Origin: Gordius albopunctatus
Lineage: Eukaryota
DNA length: 64,000 nucleotides
Assembly (NCBI GenBank): GCA_964276515.1
Contig: OZ193909.1
Coordinates: forward strand, 18,724,001-18,788,000
Direction of reading: 5' to 3'
Shown piece after piece: positions 25,471 to 40,400 of this stretch (position 1 is its first letter; each line of letters begins with the position of its first letter). The notes beneath the pieces are model-generated. The model was not told the DNA's origin. It searched no databases and saw only the letters and a list, made by a program, of their open reading frames with translations. Both the position numbers and the translations under genes were made by a program.

Positions 25471-28400
25471 TCAATGTACGGTAGCGGAAATGATATCATC
25501 GGTGTGTCCGCACTCCCCATTTAGGTGGGGAGGGGATTGAAGTCTGATCGAGGGTAAAAATATGCTGGGACCTTGACGCTCCTGGCCCGAGGAAGCCACA
25601 CCATGAGACTGACCGGGTATGAGGAGGGATGGTTTAAAATTTACCAATATTTCGTCCGATAAATCGCGTTGCGAATGTTGTGGCTGTTTAACGTGATTTT
25701 GGTGGCTGTTGTGACTGAGGAGTTGTTTTTTGGGCGCGCTTTTGGCGGCTCCCGCTCTCAGCTTTCTACGGTCCCTGTGATGCTGTTGTAGTGCTACTAT
25801 AAATTAAGGACGCTGAGTTTAGATTAATATAGAAAGCACGCTGTGAAGGCACATCACAAAGTTGATTTTTAAAAGGTGTACAATTATTTTGAAAACCAAC
25901 AATGGCATGGGACAATTACAAGCCTCGCTTTACCCCCTAATATATAAAATCCTCATAATTGACATTATTTTGACATAAGAGCCCTTAGCTGGCTCATGAG
26001 AAGATTAACTTGAAAGAGATAACTAATACCACCAAGAACTAGTAATGATTCACTCAGGCTAAGTTTATTAAAGTCGCAATCTTGGTTAGTTTATTGATTG
26101 ACAAATTGTTGAGGAGGGAATGGGGTGCAAAATAGGTGCAATAAAACTAACCTAATGTAAGAAGGATTAGACTTAGACTAAAGCTAGTGGAAAATAGCTT
26201 AATGTTAACACTTGTTAAAATTACAATAAAAATTAATTCACAATTTAAAATAACTTTTAAAAATGGATATAACGTAATTTACGGAAACTTATACTAGCTG
26301 CCTAAAAGAGTTTAAACCACTGTTGTTATTAAGATACCAACCCTAGTCCATTAGTGAGAGATAACCTTTCAAGCATATTTTAATCTAACATATTTTTGCC
26401 TTGCCTAGCATAAAAAGCGTTCATGTCATAGCTGAATTCCTATACATCAATAGTATGCAGATATTAATTGCTATGCAATTTATGGGCTCGTTTTTGGTTG
26501 TCCGTCGTCCTTACGTCGTCCACCAAGTTATTTACACCAGCTTCCCGACCTGGAGGTTCCGGGTTCGAGACCCGGAGAGGACAAATTTTTTTTTATTTTT
26601 TTTTTAAATTAAATTAATATTTTGTTCTTGTTAATACCATTGATAATATGACTTTTTGACCGTCCGCAGGCTACTGACCAATGAAAAAATGACCACTGGC
26701 CAGATAAATCGAAATTTTTAATTTTTCGTTTTTGAATAGTTTAACATTGATAATTACCCTATGCCCTCCCCTACAAGGGCCTATGGCTCTATTTATATGG
26801 TTCCCTGTTCCCCTCCAATGGCTTATGCCTCTATTTAATGTGGGTTTGAATCCCGGCGAACGTTCTAAATTGATGGTTCGAGACCCGGAGAGGACAAAAA
26901 ATTTTATTTTTTTTTAAATTAAATTAATATATTGTTCTTGTTAATACCATTGATAATATGAATTTTTGACCATCCGCAGGCTACTGACCAATGAAAAAAT
27001 GACCACTGGCCAGATAAATCGAAATTTTTAATTTTTCGTTTTTGAATAGTTTAACATTGATAATTACCCTATGCCCTCCCCTACAAGGGCCTATGGCTCT
27101 ATTTATATGGTTCCCTGTTCCCCTCCAAAGGCTTATGCCTCTATTTAATGTGGGTTCGAATCCCGGAGAGGGAAAAATTTTAATTTTTTTAATTAATTTA
27201 ATATTTTGTTCTTGTTAATACCATTGATAATATGACTTTTTGGCCGTCCGCTGGCTGCTGACCAATGGAATAAAATAACCATAAGGCTGGCTCTACTAAT
27301 GTGAGTTCGAATCCCGGAGAAGGCAATTTTTTTAATTAAATCGAAAATTTGTATAAATAATTAACTAATTATTTTACATTTAATACCCCCCCCCCCTATA
27401 GGCATTCTCACCCCTTCCCACCTTTCTCGCCCATAAATTGCATAGCAAATATGATACATTTATACGGAGTGTAGATGAGTTCCCCCTTCCCTCCTCCCCT
27501 TCCCACGAGGGCCGAAGGCCCGAGTTTATATTTCAATCAATCTTAAAACCATTATAGCTACACACGAATATCATAGAAGCGAATTAATCAAGTATCGTAT
27601 CTTCCATACTTTTTAAGTATTAGCTGCATTAATAAATTAAGGGCAATGACAAGAAGCTCAAACTATAATAATGAAATTTAAAATAATATAAAACACGGAG
27701 GGGTCATTAACTATTTTTTAAGCCTTCCGTCATGGCAGTTGTTCTCGGGTCAGCACCCGGGGGCACCGTCGCCAACTTGGTTGTCGTCACGGGATCATCT
27801 GACGTCCGATGCTTGTGATGATGTCGGGGTACGTGATGATGTCGAGTCATTACGTGGTCTCCTCCTTCAGCTGTTTCCGGTCCTCTAACGTCATCGTCGT
27901 CATTTTCATCTCGGTACACGGGATGATGTCGAGAGCGATAGTGGAGGTGATGGCCCATTTCAAGATGGCGACTATCGCCCTCCGCTCCGGTCACGTGATG
28001 AGGGTGGTGTTTCTTGGTAGACGTAGTTGGCACCATTAAAGGCTGCGACGTCCCCAAGGCCTGCAAGATAATGTAAAAACTTATTTGAAAAGTTGTCTTA
28101 AGGAAAGAAAGAAAACGTCGCTTAAAAGCTCGCTAGTGGAATTTACCCTTAGCACCCCCACCTAATAAATCTGATAGGCACACCATTCCAACTAAATGTG
28201 ATGAAGGTAGGATAAACATAACACAATCGGGGTTTAAATTAGAAACTACACACTTTTTCAAGAAAATGAAAAATACATTGAAAAACGTTTCAGAATTAGA
28301 GATCAAAAATATACGATTAATTAAAATAATAAATAAGACGCATAAAAAAGGGAAGGAAAATTACAATTTTTTTGGCGTTCCAATCGAAGAGGGTATCATA

Positions 28401-31400
28401 GTTGTAGCCTTTGAATTGGAGCAGTGTTCTAAACAGTTGTTGCAAGTATTCGTAATTGGGAATCGATTGAAAACCGAGTTTGGCGCAGTAGTTGAGATAC
28501 TTGTAAAATTCATCTGGAAATGCGTTTGTGTAAAAAATTGGGTAAAATTGCTTTCACGAGTTTTAGTGATATTGGCCTAATTTTTTCAAGGGTTGGACAA
28601 CATAAATGACATTTTGACCTTTGATTTTATTCATTCTCTTCTAGCCCCCACACCTACAGCCGATTTAAATGAGACGCTGGGTATATATTAAAAGGGGTAA
28701 ATAGATCGATGCATAAAAACAATGCCGTTTGAGTGATTTTATAACCTTATTTCTGTGTGGTAAACGGCGAGTTAGTGGTTTTTTAAAAAATCTTGGAACC
28801 TTTTATTAATTTCTATTTTTAACGCAAAATCTATATATAGTACCAAACTTAAAATCTGATCAAATTGTTATTTTTAGAAGAAGCACCAAAAAAGTTATTT
28901 TATTTTCCAACAATTTGAATGATGCTAATCCAATATCTTTAATCTTTTATTACTAATTGGTACAATGGGACCTACATTTATGATAATTATCGAAAGGCTT
29001 TCCAGCTCCCGAAACGTAAACTCGCGACAATCTAACCTCTAATTCACGCCGCAAATTACGGTATAGCTAAAAAATTTTCCACTTTAACATAACTTTTTTT
29101 ATTACTAGATTAAAGCCTTTTATTATCTAATTTTTAGTTTTTAAAAATAAAAAAGCACAATCCACAATACAAAGAATAGCATTACTCTTGTTACTATACC
29201 AGGATGGTGGCTTACACCCTTACTTTCTAAAAATTCTCAAAATTTTTTGCGATAGACATCACGCTAGCTAGCACTTACCGGGATGCCCTTTGCATAGGTC
29301 GGATAAGTCGGTCGACATCTTTTTCTCCATAATTTTTTCGTACTTTTGGCGTTTTGTGGCAGCCTTGAGGCCTTGCCAGGGCAGAGAACCCCGCAAAAAA
29401 TAGAGTAGCACATAACCCAACGATTCCATATCGTCTCTCCGGCTTTGTTCTACCCATATAATTAAGGAGGAATAAATGGATTTTAAAAGAAGATTTACAC
29501 ATAAAAAAATAACCTCAGGATTTAGAGAGGACAAAAAACGGGGGAAAATCTTTAGGCAACAAGGGGCGTGGCAGCATATTAATACCACCCCCCCCCCTCA
29601 CCCATTTAAATTGTAATTATAAAAGGAGGTGACGAGAGAATTACAAAAAGTATAAAATTACCGTTTATTGACAAAACTATTACGATGTTAGGAGATTGAT
29701 CTAATTTGGACAACCTTGGAAATTAGGGAAAACACGATCCTACCTAGGTAAGACCCGTGTTCGGTTAATCAAATCAGTTTAGTAGTGCATTATTTCTTAA
29801 CTAAGCCTAGAGCCCTACACGGCCACCCGAAGCCCGACTAGGCCGGTTTCAGGCAATTTAAATAAAATCAGGCCTTTTGCCTAGACCGGGCTCCGGTCGG
29901 GTCAAAAATAAAAAAGCATTTCCAGCTGGGGTCGGGCAAATTAATAAATAAAATGGCTGGCTCGAACCAAGAAAATTTATTTTGCAGGGCCCTAAATAGG
30001 CCACACACAATTCTATGTTATGATCATCTTTATTACGCAAAAAAATCACTATAGTCCCAACTCAAGGCTCCCATTTAGAAAAAGGGCTATTTCTGCAATG
30101 TAAACTCGTAGGATACCCGGAGAATTAATTTCTTCCATACTTTTTTTTATCAAAAACCCATCTATTCGAAAAAAAACCTGAAAATTTGTTACACCTCTAA
30201 CTAAATCTTTTTGAAATTCTAAGGAGCTTTTACTAACCTATACCCCGATGGGTATTTATGCTCGCGTATCTCGCTGTTCCCGTGAGATTTTTGTCGTCGC
30301 GATAGGGAATATGTTTGCCTTTGGAGTCTCGAAAGCGTTTAGCCAACCCAAAATCAATGACGTGTACCAAGTGGCCTTGCTTACCCAAGCCCATGAGGAA
30401 ATTGTCGGGCTTGAGGTCGCGATGAATGAAGCCCTTGCCGTGGATGAAAGCTATACGGGTTAGCTATGTGGGTGGGATAGGGTTTGCATTTATAACATAT
30501 TCTCATATGTAAGGTAGTGTTGTAAAAAGGGCCGTTTTCAAATTTCAACTAAACCTCGGGGTCGACTAACTAAATAGACCAAAAAATCTTAGGTTTGTTT
30601 CTGTAAAATCGACTAAAACCAAAGATCGACCAAAAGAAACGTAGCCGTTTTACAACATTCGTATAGGTATAAACGAATATCGGGAATTATGCCAAAAGGA
30701 TGAGTTTGCGATGATCCTACCTACTAACCGTAAACAGACGAGAATGTTCAATATTTTTGCAACAAAAGCTAAGTTGGTAAAAAAGTTTTACATTTATTTC
30801 AATAAAAATTAAAAAAAATTTAATGTAAACCCGCCATCAAATACTACATTTCGAGTCAGAGCGCGACAAACCTGGTCAAAAAGGTCTATTTAAAACCACC
30901 GATTAAATAATATTAAAAAACAAAACAGTTATTTTCGTTCGCGTTCAACTTTAAAAACCCCTTACAATTTTTATATCGTTATGCGGGGTGGGGTGCCTAT
31001 CGCCCACTTTAAAACTTTGCATAACTTCCTGGCTCGCAAGAATTTGAGTTAATTAAAAAGCTTTGTAAAAACGTCTTTATTTCATTTCAGCGCATTTAGC
31101 TAAAGCTACGCACCGGCATGGAATTAGAATGTGGATATTTTGAGATTTAAATCGACTTACTAAACCTATACTTTTTGGCTTCTAGTTATCTAACGTAATC
31201 CTTGAAGTTTTATACCATTGCACATCGATGGGCCGGCCGCGTCAGAATTAAAATTAGATGGGGGGGGGGCAATAGTGCTTTAGAGAGGGGCAAAATGATA
31301 ATTTATTGAAATTTAAACCTTTTAATTATATTAAATTTAAGAGAGGGTAGGGGGAGAAGTCGCCCCTCACTACCCCCTCTAGCTACGCGCCCATGGCCGA

Positions 31401-34400
31401 TTCTTTTTCTATCACCTATAATAGGTGGTGGGCCTTCGAGCGAGACATCTATTAAATTAGCCGATGGATGGAGGCATAAAATTCAATGCCAGCATAAGTA
31501 ACGACCATTACGGACAAATATGGCTTGGAAATCGATAAGATCTCTAAGCCGTAAAACTCACATATATTACAACCATCCCACTATCTCCCTCTCTTACACC
31601 AAAAAATGACCGTTCTCCAAAAAGTTCTCTCTCAAACCGCTTTCCACTAGCTAGTTTCCCATAGCTCCTTTTGTCACACTAAGGCGGTGGTCAGCCTCTT
31701 TAGATATTTGGATGAGGGGTGACGCTCGGCTATCCAGGCCTGACAGCCGTGTTGACGATGCCATACTATTTTACATCCGTTTGAAACAAAGTGCTGTAAG
31801 GGGGTTTTGAACCAGCGAGCTCTTGTTCAAAGACAAAGCCTATCTTACCTATGCTAACCACGCTTTTGATCGAGACAATAAAATACGACTCAATGCAAAC
31901 GTACGATCAAAATGTAAATGGAGGAATATTGAATTATATATTCGGGACCTAATGGTTGAGGCATTCTGCTAAACCATGCGAGGTTATAAAGGCTGGTTTT
32001 CTGGTCAGTGAATATCGATCGACTTAAAGACTAAAATGAACGATAAAAAGAGGGGATTTTGTATCAACTAGAGACCTTTACGGGTGACCCAAAGCCGGTT
32101 GAAAATTTTGAAAAGTCTGTCGGGTTGAAAAAAAGTGACTTTGCAGTTCTCTAGTATCTACTCTCATTAAGAGGTATAATTAGGGAAAACGCCTAAAGTT
32201 AAGGCTAAATAAATTATCATTAAGCCCCAAGCCAAACCAGAGATTGGAAAGCGGGCTTAAGCAAAAAAATTGATTTATAAAAACATATCTTTAACTTATA
32301 ATTGACCGTAAATATATAGTTTAAAACATTGAAAAATCGTGTAAACCATCTCAGGCATGTCGGAGTACATTGGGGTCAAAATGACCCCAGGACTACTCCT
32401 TTCCCACCTGAAAACACTAGTTAGTGGAATCGCCAAATGCAAGGGCAAAAACGAAATTTGAGCATCTCATTTCATTCACAACTTAAATAACGTATAGTGT
32501 GTGTATTAATGTCGTAAAAATTGCTGGGTTTTGTTCGGTCGAACTTTGGTTCCACGAAGACTATCAATCAACCCGGGTCCGTCTTCCAAATTTGGACTAA
32601 GAGAAATAGACCTAAACAACACCCAGCCGTTTAGCCAACACTAGAGAGTACTTACAAGCTGGTCGGCCAAGAGTAGGACAGTTTTGAGGGAAAATTTTCT
32701 TGAGCAAAAATTGAAGAGATCTTCCAAGCTAGGACCCAGCAGCTCGAGTACCATGGTATTGTATTCCCCTTCTCGACCGCACCAATGCACGGTAGGGATA
32801 CCCGCTGTAATCGATCGAATCGAAAGAGAAAAAATAACATTCATTTTTTACCACATGAAATCTTGCCGAAAAATGGGAAAAATTATGGGACTAAAATTTG
32901 ATGTCGTCTATGTACGTACACATCATATTTACAACGTTATCGGCTAGATTGGAAAAAACGGAGCTTTAGTTTTTAAGAAAGTTTTTAGGTTTGGAATATA
33001 TATTATATTATATACGTAGTATAGTGACTGGATAATTCAATGCTAATAAAATAAATTTTACACGCTTATAACAAAAATATATTTAAAAAAAAGTATTTTT
33101 ACATATGAAATTACAACTTTTTGGGACACAAATTAAACAAGTTAAAATATTGGTAAAAACTTAAAAATGTCCGCTTTGATAAGAAAACACACAAGTTCCT
33201 CTTTTACACCCATCCGTCTCCAATATTAAGGCTCCCCCCAACCAGTCCCAATCAAATATTATTTCATACTTTTATTTTAAAAAATCTAACCCATAAATTA
33301 TAATTAAAAGATCATAAAAACCGTATTTAAATATAAACAACATAATATAAGCCAGATCAATATTATTTGCCCTAAAAATGATATTATTACCATTTAAAGG
33401 TAAAAACTTAAAAAATGTACGAAAAAATAGTCCAAAAAACACTACGAATTCACATTTTTTGCTTATAAAGAAAGAAAGAATAAATAGGTTGTCGTCCTAG
33501 CATAGCTCTGTGGCTAGACTTAACTCGTGTAAAAAGAGCCCGGGGCTAAGTAACCAAAATAGTTTTAATAAATTAAATTTGTTAGTTTTTGTCGTATACT
33601 GTACGCCCAGGCGTTGGAGAAATTAATTTATGAGGAACTCTAATTTGCAATTTACTCGTATCATCAATAGCTTAAAAATAATATAATTTGAGGTCTTTTC
33701 GGGTCGGGTTTACTAGCTACATTAATTTGCCCCGCATTTTTCCTTTTAAAAAATTGCTTAAACCCCCGAATTTTAGTTTAATGATTTTAGTAAAGCCGCT
33801 GTTTTAGCATATAACATTAAGTAAAATTTGATACTGTTTATAATCACGTCAAGGATGAGTTTGGTTTTTAAGTTTCCAATTTACGTCAGAGTCTGTGACG
33901 CTAGATTAGGCCAAAAAGTTCGCTTTTTTAGAGTTACGTTTCAACAAATGACCAAAAAGCGAGAATCGACGACCTCGGACAATATGGCTAGTTAGGCAGA
34001 GAACCAAAGTTTCAACTCATCTTTAAGGTGTTTGTTATAAGTTAAATTATAATTACAACACGAATAAATTTCCACGGCAATTATTGAAAAATTAAAAGTT
34101 GGACAGACGGACGGAAGGATAGCCAAACTTGAGCCCATAAATTGCATAGAGCTTAAAATTTCGCAATAATTCAAGAGGGGCCGGCCTGCCGATTGCAAAT
34201 TACTTGTAAGGTTTCAACCCTGACTTACGAGTGAGGCTGTTGGATGATTTCGAGATGTGTAATAAGCAGTAGAAATTGAAACGCCTAAATTTTAATAATA
34301 ATTCATCCATTTTAATGGCCAAAATAGTTGAATAACTGGAATAGTCGCGAAAATGGGACGAGGGGAGCAAAAATTATCGAGGAAATTAAGTAGTTGAGCA

Positions 34401-37400
34401 CAGGGGGTAGTGCTGTAAAAACGGTTGGGTATAGTTTGATCGAGCTTCGGTTTGAGGCGACTAAACATAACTTTGCCTCAGTCGAAATGTGAAAAAGAGA
34501 GCGGTGTTGATTGCTAGTCTCAATTAAACCAACGGTTAACGAAATAACACCAAGCCCTTTTTAAAACGCTCCACGATTTATTCGATTAAATGTTCAATCC
34601 CGGAGCATTAGAGAACTGCACGGGTGACCCGAGACCCGACCAAATTTGAAAATGCATTCGGGTCGGGTCGGGGTAGAAAATTTGAAAATGCCTTCGGGTC
34701 GGGTCGGGTTCGGGTTGAAAAAAAGACACTTTGCAGTTCTCTACTGAGCATTCCCCACTCAACAAGTGTTAGGGTTAGGACCTGGGTTTCGTTTGGTCGA
34801 CCTTTGGTTCAACTAAGACTAACGGTCAACTGTGGTCTACTTTTCGAAATTCGGTTAAACCTAGAAGTCGAATAAAAAAATAACAACCCTAAAACCTTAT
34901 GTAGGTCGGCTAAACAAATCCGACACTCAACTTACCAGGCTGACACGCGAGTTACAAATCTCTAATAATCTATCACAAAAACACACCACACCTATATTAC
35001 CCTCATAGCCCGTGCAATTTTAGTTAAATGAGATAGATGAATTTGAAATGTGATTTGAGCCCGAAGCCTGGCCCGGCTTCAAGTAATTTAATCAAGTGAA
35101 GATTAGGGATAATTTCCCAAATCCAATTAACCCATACTACCTCCACTTCATCGTCACAAATATAATTTTATTGCATTTATAAGAAGCTAAAAGTCCTAAA
35201 GAGGATTAAGTAAATCCAAGAAGGGCGAGGGGGGAGGATTAGAGTTAATCAAAAAATCGATGAGCCTAACTGCAAATATATTTCCATATTAAAATTTCGA
35301 GGTAAAAACAAGACTAATTAAGATGTTGCTTGGAAGTTCGCTTTTATAAAGTCAACTCTACCTATCTCTATCTTCGCTCTAATGTATTATTATTTATAAA
35401 CTGCCCCGTTATAATTTGAGATTTTTAAGATGGGATCTAATTGCAAAAAAATGTTGTAAAAACGGCTGGGTTTCTTTTAGTCGAATAAACATAAAGAGAC
35501 CAGGGGTTTGACCAAATAACCTTCGGCCTGCTTATGCGGCTAAGAAAAACGAACCTAAAAAACCATTGGTCCGTCAATGTTTGGACACTACAATTAACTA
35601 CAAATCACTTAGAATGCCAAATTAATTTTAAAAAATTAAAAAATCCTTTTACTCCTTACAAAAAAAGCAAAACCCAATTTATCTACCACATTGAGACCGA
35701 TTTCTCAGCCTACAATCTTCGAGACAGCTCAAATAACACGCGAGAACGAACGGAGAGTTGGAAAGGAGAAATTAACAGCTGTGTGAAGAATGGTGCCTCA
35801 AATCACGTCGGGGGCGCGAGGTCAATTATTTAGAAAGCTCGAAATTGAATAGGATTTTGTAAAACAAAATGAAAATTTTTGGCCTTTTTATTTATAAAAA
35901 TGCGAATGGAATGCTCAAACCTGGCCAAATTTCAACCACGACACCCAAGGGGGTGATCTCAATAAATAAAATTGTGGAACTTCCCTTTTATCATAAATTT
36001 TGTGCCGCGGTTTTAAGGTTTTTTTGATGAGTTTTTGCCATCTCGATTTAGGCATGTCCTGATTTATCTTCTTAGTTTTCATCACTTTGTCCACTTGCCC
36101 TTTCCACGTGACACGAGGTCGTCTTTTTCCCCCTTTCCTCGGCACCTCTATGTTCCCAATATACTTTCCGAGATTTACATCATTGGTCTCCCTTCTTAAT
36201 GCTTGACCATACACCTTAGCCGATTTTGGTTCATCAAGTCCGCTATAGGTTTAATACCCATTATTGCTCCTTAATTAGTCAAACTTATTTTGTACCACTT
36301 TTGCTAAACGCAAATAAAGCTTGAGAATACATTTCAAAGTCATTTGAGACATTGATAATAAATATTTTAACGTCAGTCACGTGGGCATCGCCAGCATTGG
36401 AATTAAAGGGTGGCAATAATGATTTGGGGGGGGGGGGGGGCAGCCGGCCCTCCCTGTCCCCCCCCCCTGGTTACGCCCATGGTCAGCCATATCAATATTA
36501 GGGGATGGGCGGGCCTTCATTTGTTGACGAGAGGGGGAATAAATATTAAGATTTTTCTAAATTTTAATCATTTAAACGGTGGACCCCAAGATACGAAAAA
36601 AAAGACAAAATGATAAGATTTTCACCTTAATTTTTAAAAGTCCCTAGCATGTTAAAACGTTTACATTTTCCAATACAAAAAAACTAACTCGTGCAAAATT
36701 AAGCGTCATTCGCTCTGAAGCCGTAATTCGATAGGTTGCGCTTGAGCGCTGGCGCGCGTCTTATTATTTTTAAAGTGTTTTTCAATGATTTCGCCGATGA
36801 AAACCTTGAAGTATGATGTTTGCTTTTGCGACAAAATTTTTTAAATCGTAATCATCGATTTTTGCCCCCATTTATTGATTGGTCATTATTGGCGGTCCCG
36901 TCGTCAAAATATTAAAATTGACACTTGCACAATTCAAAATGTCACCCGAGATGGATGTTCGCATGTGTGCGATTGTGAAAAAAATATTTCGTACGATGAC
37001 AGCAGATATCATCGATGCTTCAAACTCAGGAATTTTAGCAAATATATCGATTAAAACACTATACGAAGGCATATCTTTTGATTAAATAGATAAACACATA
37101 AAATAATGGCAGCCAAAAATTTTAATATAGTTAAACAATAGCTAGTCAAAAATGTGCTGGGTGATTTTTGAAATTCCAATTGAAACAAGATAAATTTAAG
37201 ATAAAGTTAAACCATTATAAGACTCATCTGACACCAATGTCCATTGATTGAATGATCATTGTTATCAAGACCGTTGTTCATCTGCAATACCGACTCAAAT
37301 CGCTAAAAATGACCATTAAAATCAAAAATTAAGGAATTGATCCGATATTACATTAAAAAACATACAGCACTCAAAAACCCTAGGCAAAATTTCGAGATTT

Positions 37401-40400
37401 TAAACAAAAAAAAACATTAAAATATAGGTGAAATTCGTACTTTCACCGGGGGAGCGAATAAATTATGAAGCTAGGGCTAACATGGCTATCTCTTCTCTTC
37501 CAGCAAATGGCGATAAAATAATCAAAACGAAATCAATTTGATCAGGAATTTATAAATTAAAAGATTTTTTGAGGGTGGGGAAGAATTTTCATATGTAAGT
37601 GCATATGAGGAAGACCAAACAAAACATGACGAATACCACGAGGACTATCAAAACCTCGATTTCCATGCTTTGCTGCCCGTTTAAATGAGCAAGTACCGAG
37701 AATTGAAGAAATTCAAAATTATTCGATAAAAGGCAATAAAAAACAAACAGGCTCGAGTCTCGTTGCTTAGGGAATGGTGAACTAATGGAATGCCAAGTTT
37801 TTTATGATATATATTTAGTAGCACATCACATCATCGATAATCAAGGAATAATATAAAAACAGACACGAGGTGGAAGTGGAACAGAGATGGGGGGAGGGGG
37901 TGAGATAGATTTTGAAGAGATGATTACTTCTTTTGCCTGCTTGCGGTCGCTCATGCGATAAAAAGGCTGCGTGTGTGTGTTTGGTGCTGCACGATTCAAA
38001 ATCGTGAAGCGCGTGGGGAAAAAGTTGATGAAAAAATAAGGAATTTCAATTTGGGACATGCCTAAACCCCACCCCGTCTTAATACACGATTCAACTTCAA
38101 AGCGCCATATTGTCCAAATATGCGATTTACATGTCGGCGAATCAACAATTTTAGTTTAGTTACCATGTGAATTTGCATTGGTAAGAGTAATTAAAGGATG
38201 AATATTTGTTTTATGCCCAAAAAACACAAAAAAAAGCCAAAAATGACGTGACGCTCGTTTCAAGACGCGCCAAAGTTTTAATACGCATTCGCTCTAAAAT
38301 GTATGAAGGGAATAGTAAGACAAGCATTAAGTAATGCTTTAATCCTGAATCTGATAAAGGTAAAGGGGGGGGGGGCCTTGCCCCTCCTAGACCACCCACG
38401 TGACGGGAGGAAAACTTTTAAAGGGGAAAAGCTTATTCCTAGCTAGGGGGTGATGATAAGGGGCCAACTAAAAACGACGCAAAATGCGTCCTTAGATGGC
38501 TACTTTGTGATGAGGAGAATTTGCGAGTGCGTAATTATATTGATTATCGCCATGGGTGTAGCCGGGGGGGGGAATCATTATTGCCGCCACCCCCTTTAAT
38601 TTCAATGCTGGCTTCGTCCATGAGAGTCTTTAAGGGGCACCTACCCCCCCCCCCCTTAATTTCAAAAATTTTAAAATAGAAAGCTTCCTTTTTCAATCTC
38701 TTATCTATTCCAAAGTTTGGCAAGATCCATACAAGTTTTTAAATAAAAAAATGGTCAAATTCGATTAACGAGTATTTTCCCGATTTGTCGCAAGTGGAAA
38801 TAAAATATCCGTGTCTTAAGTTCAAATTCATAGCAGATTTACATTTCAGGCACATAACATAACAAACACCGATTTTGTGAGATGCAAAATTTTTCATTAA
38901 GTTTTCGGGTATTTGCGAAGTTTTGTTTTATTAAAGTGTTGAAATAAACAAATAAATTTTTTCAAACAAAAATCAATAAATAGTAGCGATCCAATTTGAC
39001 GCATGAAATTAAATCTTATATTTAGACATAGATGAATTCGCCCGATTTGAATCTGAATCCGATATTATGACATGCCCTAAACCCATAGGCGTAGCCAGGA
39101 CCCTAAATGGCGGGAAATTTAAAATTTTAATGAAAACATCCGTCAAAATTAAAAATTTTATGTTTTGCCCCCCCCCCCACCCTAATCCAAAACCTAGCTA
39201 CGCCCGTGCCTAAACCGTTTTCGTATTGTAATTTTAATTAATGCCGACCCCTTAGTAGGTTGGCCGAAAAAAGGGCGGAAAATCTGCAAAATCCAGCTAC
39301 GAATCTTGAGATCCAATCGTTTAATAGCAATAATAAAATCTCTCAAAATAAATTTTTGTTGAATACTTATAAACACAATTTTTGTTTGAAATCATAATTA
39401 ATCAATAAAATTTTAGGGAATTATTATGTATAGTTGAGTAGACAGTTCGAACCGTAAGTTTCAAATTACTGCACCGCTGTACGACAAAATATAAAACAGA
39501 ACGGAATGTTCAAAACAAAAATTAATAGAGCTAGAATAAAAAAAACTGATGGATTCCTCTCCCCTTTATTTATAAGACAAATTTATTAAGCTTTGATGCT
39601 TTAAAAAAGGCAAAATAACTGTTTTTGGAGCAACTTTGTCGGTGAATATTTCAAAAATTCGACGTATAGAGGAAAAAAACTAAAAAAAAAGGTTGTGTTG
39701 TTAAACATGAAAAACTCTACCAGAACCCGCAAACAGTTTGCCGGTTTATTTTATGCATCCATTATTTGTTGACCCCCCCCCTATAGAATAAACTTTATGT
39801 TATAACGTGTGTTAAACATTTATCACCAATTTTTGTCTTAAACTTATGATTAAAACGTGAGGTGTGGTAGACTATACAGTTAGACGAGTAGGCTTCATAT
39901 TACTAAAGCGTCCGTCGCGAGACAAATTATACAAATCGAATATATTTAAAAAAAAAGACTAGTAACGCGCTCTAGGGCTCGTCTTAATATCGGATTTTGC
40001 GCGCGCCAAAAATCGTCTTACGGGTTTTAACATAGCCGTGTGTCTTAACTTGGAATTCACGGCAGATTCACATTTCAGACGCATAACATAACAGCGATAT
40101 TGTAAGATGCAAACTTTTCATAAGCTTAAAAAGTTGGATGTTTTTACATTTTTAGGAATGAGCAAAGTTTAAATTAAATCTCAAAAGTTGAAATAAAGGA
40201 AAAAATGTTTTCAACTACCAAAAAACATAATATTAATAATTACAAACGAGTTTGACCCATGAAATTAAATGGGATATTTAGACAAAGATAAATTCGCGCA
40301 ATTTGAATCTGAATCCGATATTAAGACAAGTCCTTAGTGAGAGAAAACTACTAGAAAATACCTATAATTTAGCGTTACAAAATTTATATGGATGGGAAAC

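Noticed and set aside
26507..26582. Functional tRNA-Gly(CCC) gene
   Set aside because: The D arm/A box is not canonical and the second copy has a weaker acceptor stem; reported only as tRNA-like repeat sequence.
31600..31990. Additional decayed LINE RT fragment in a CK1 intron
   Set aside because: Only a YLDEG-like word is visible; too degenerate to support a call.
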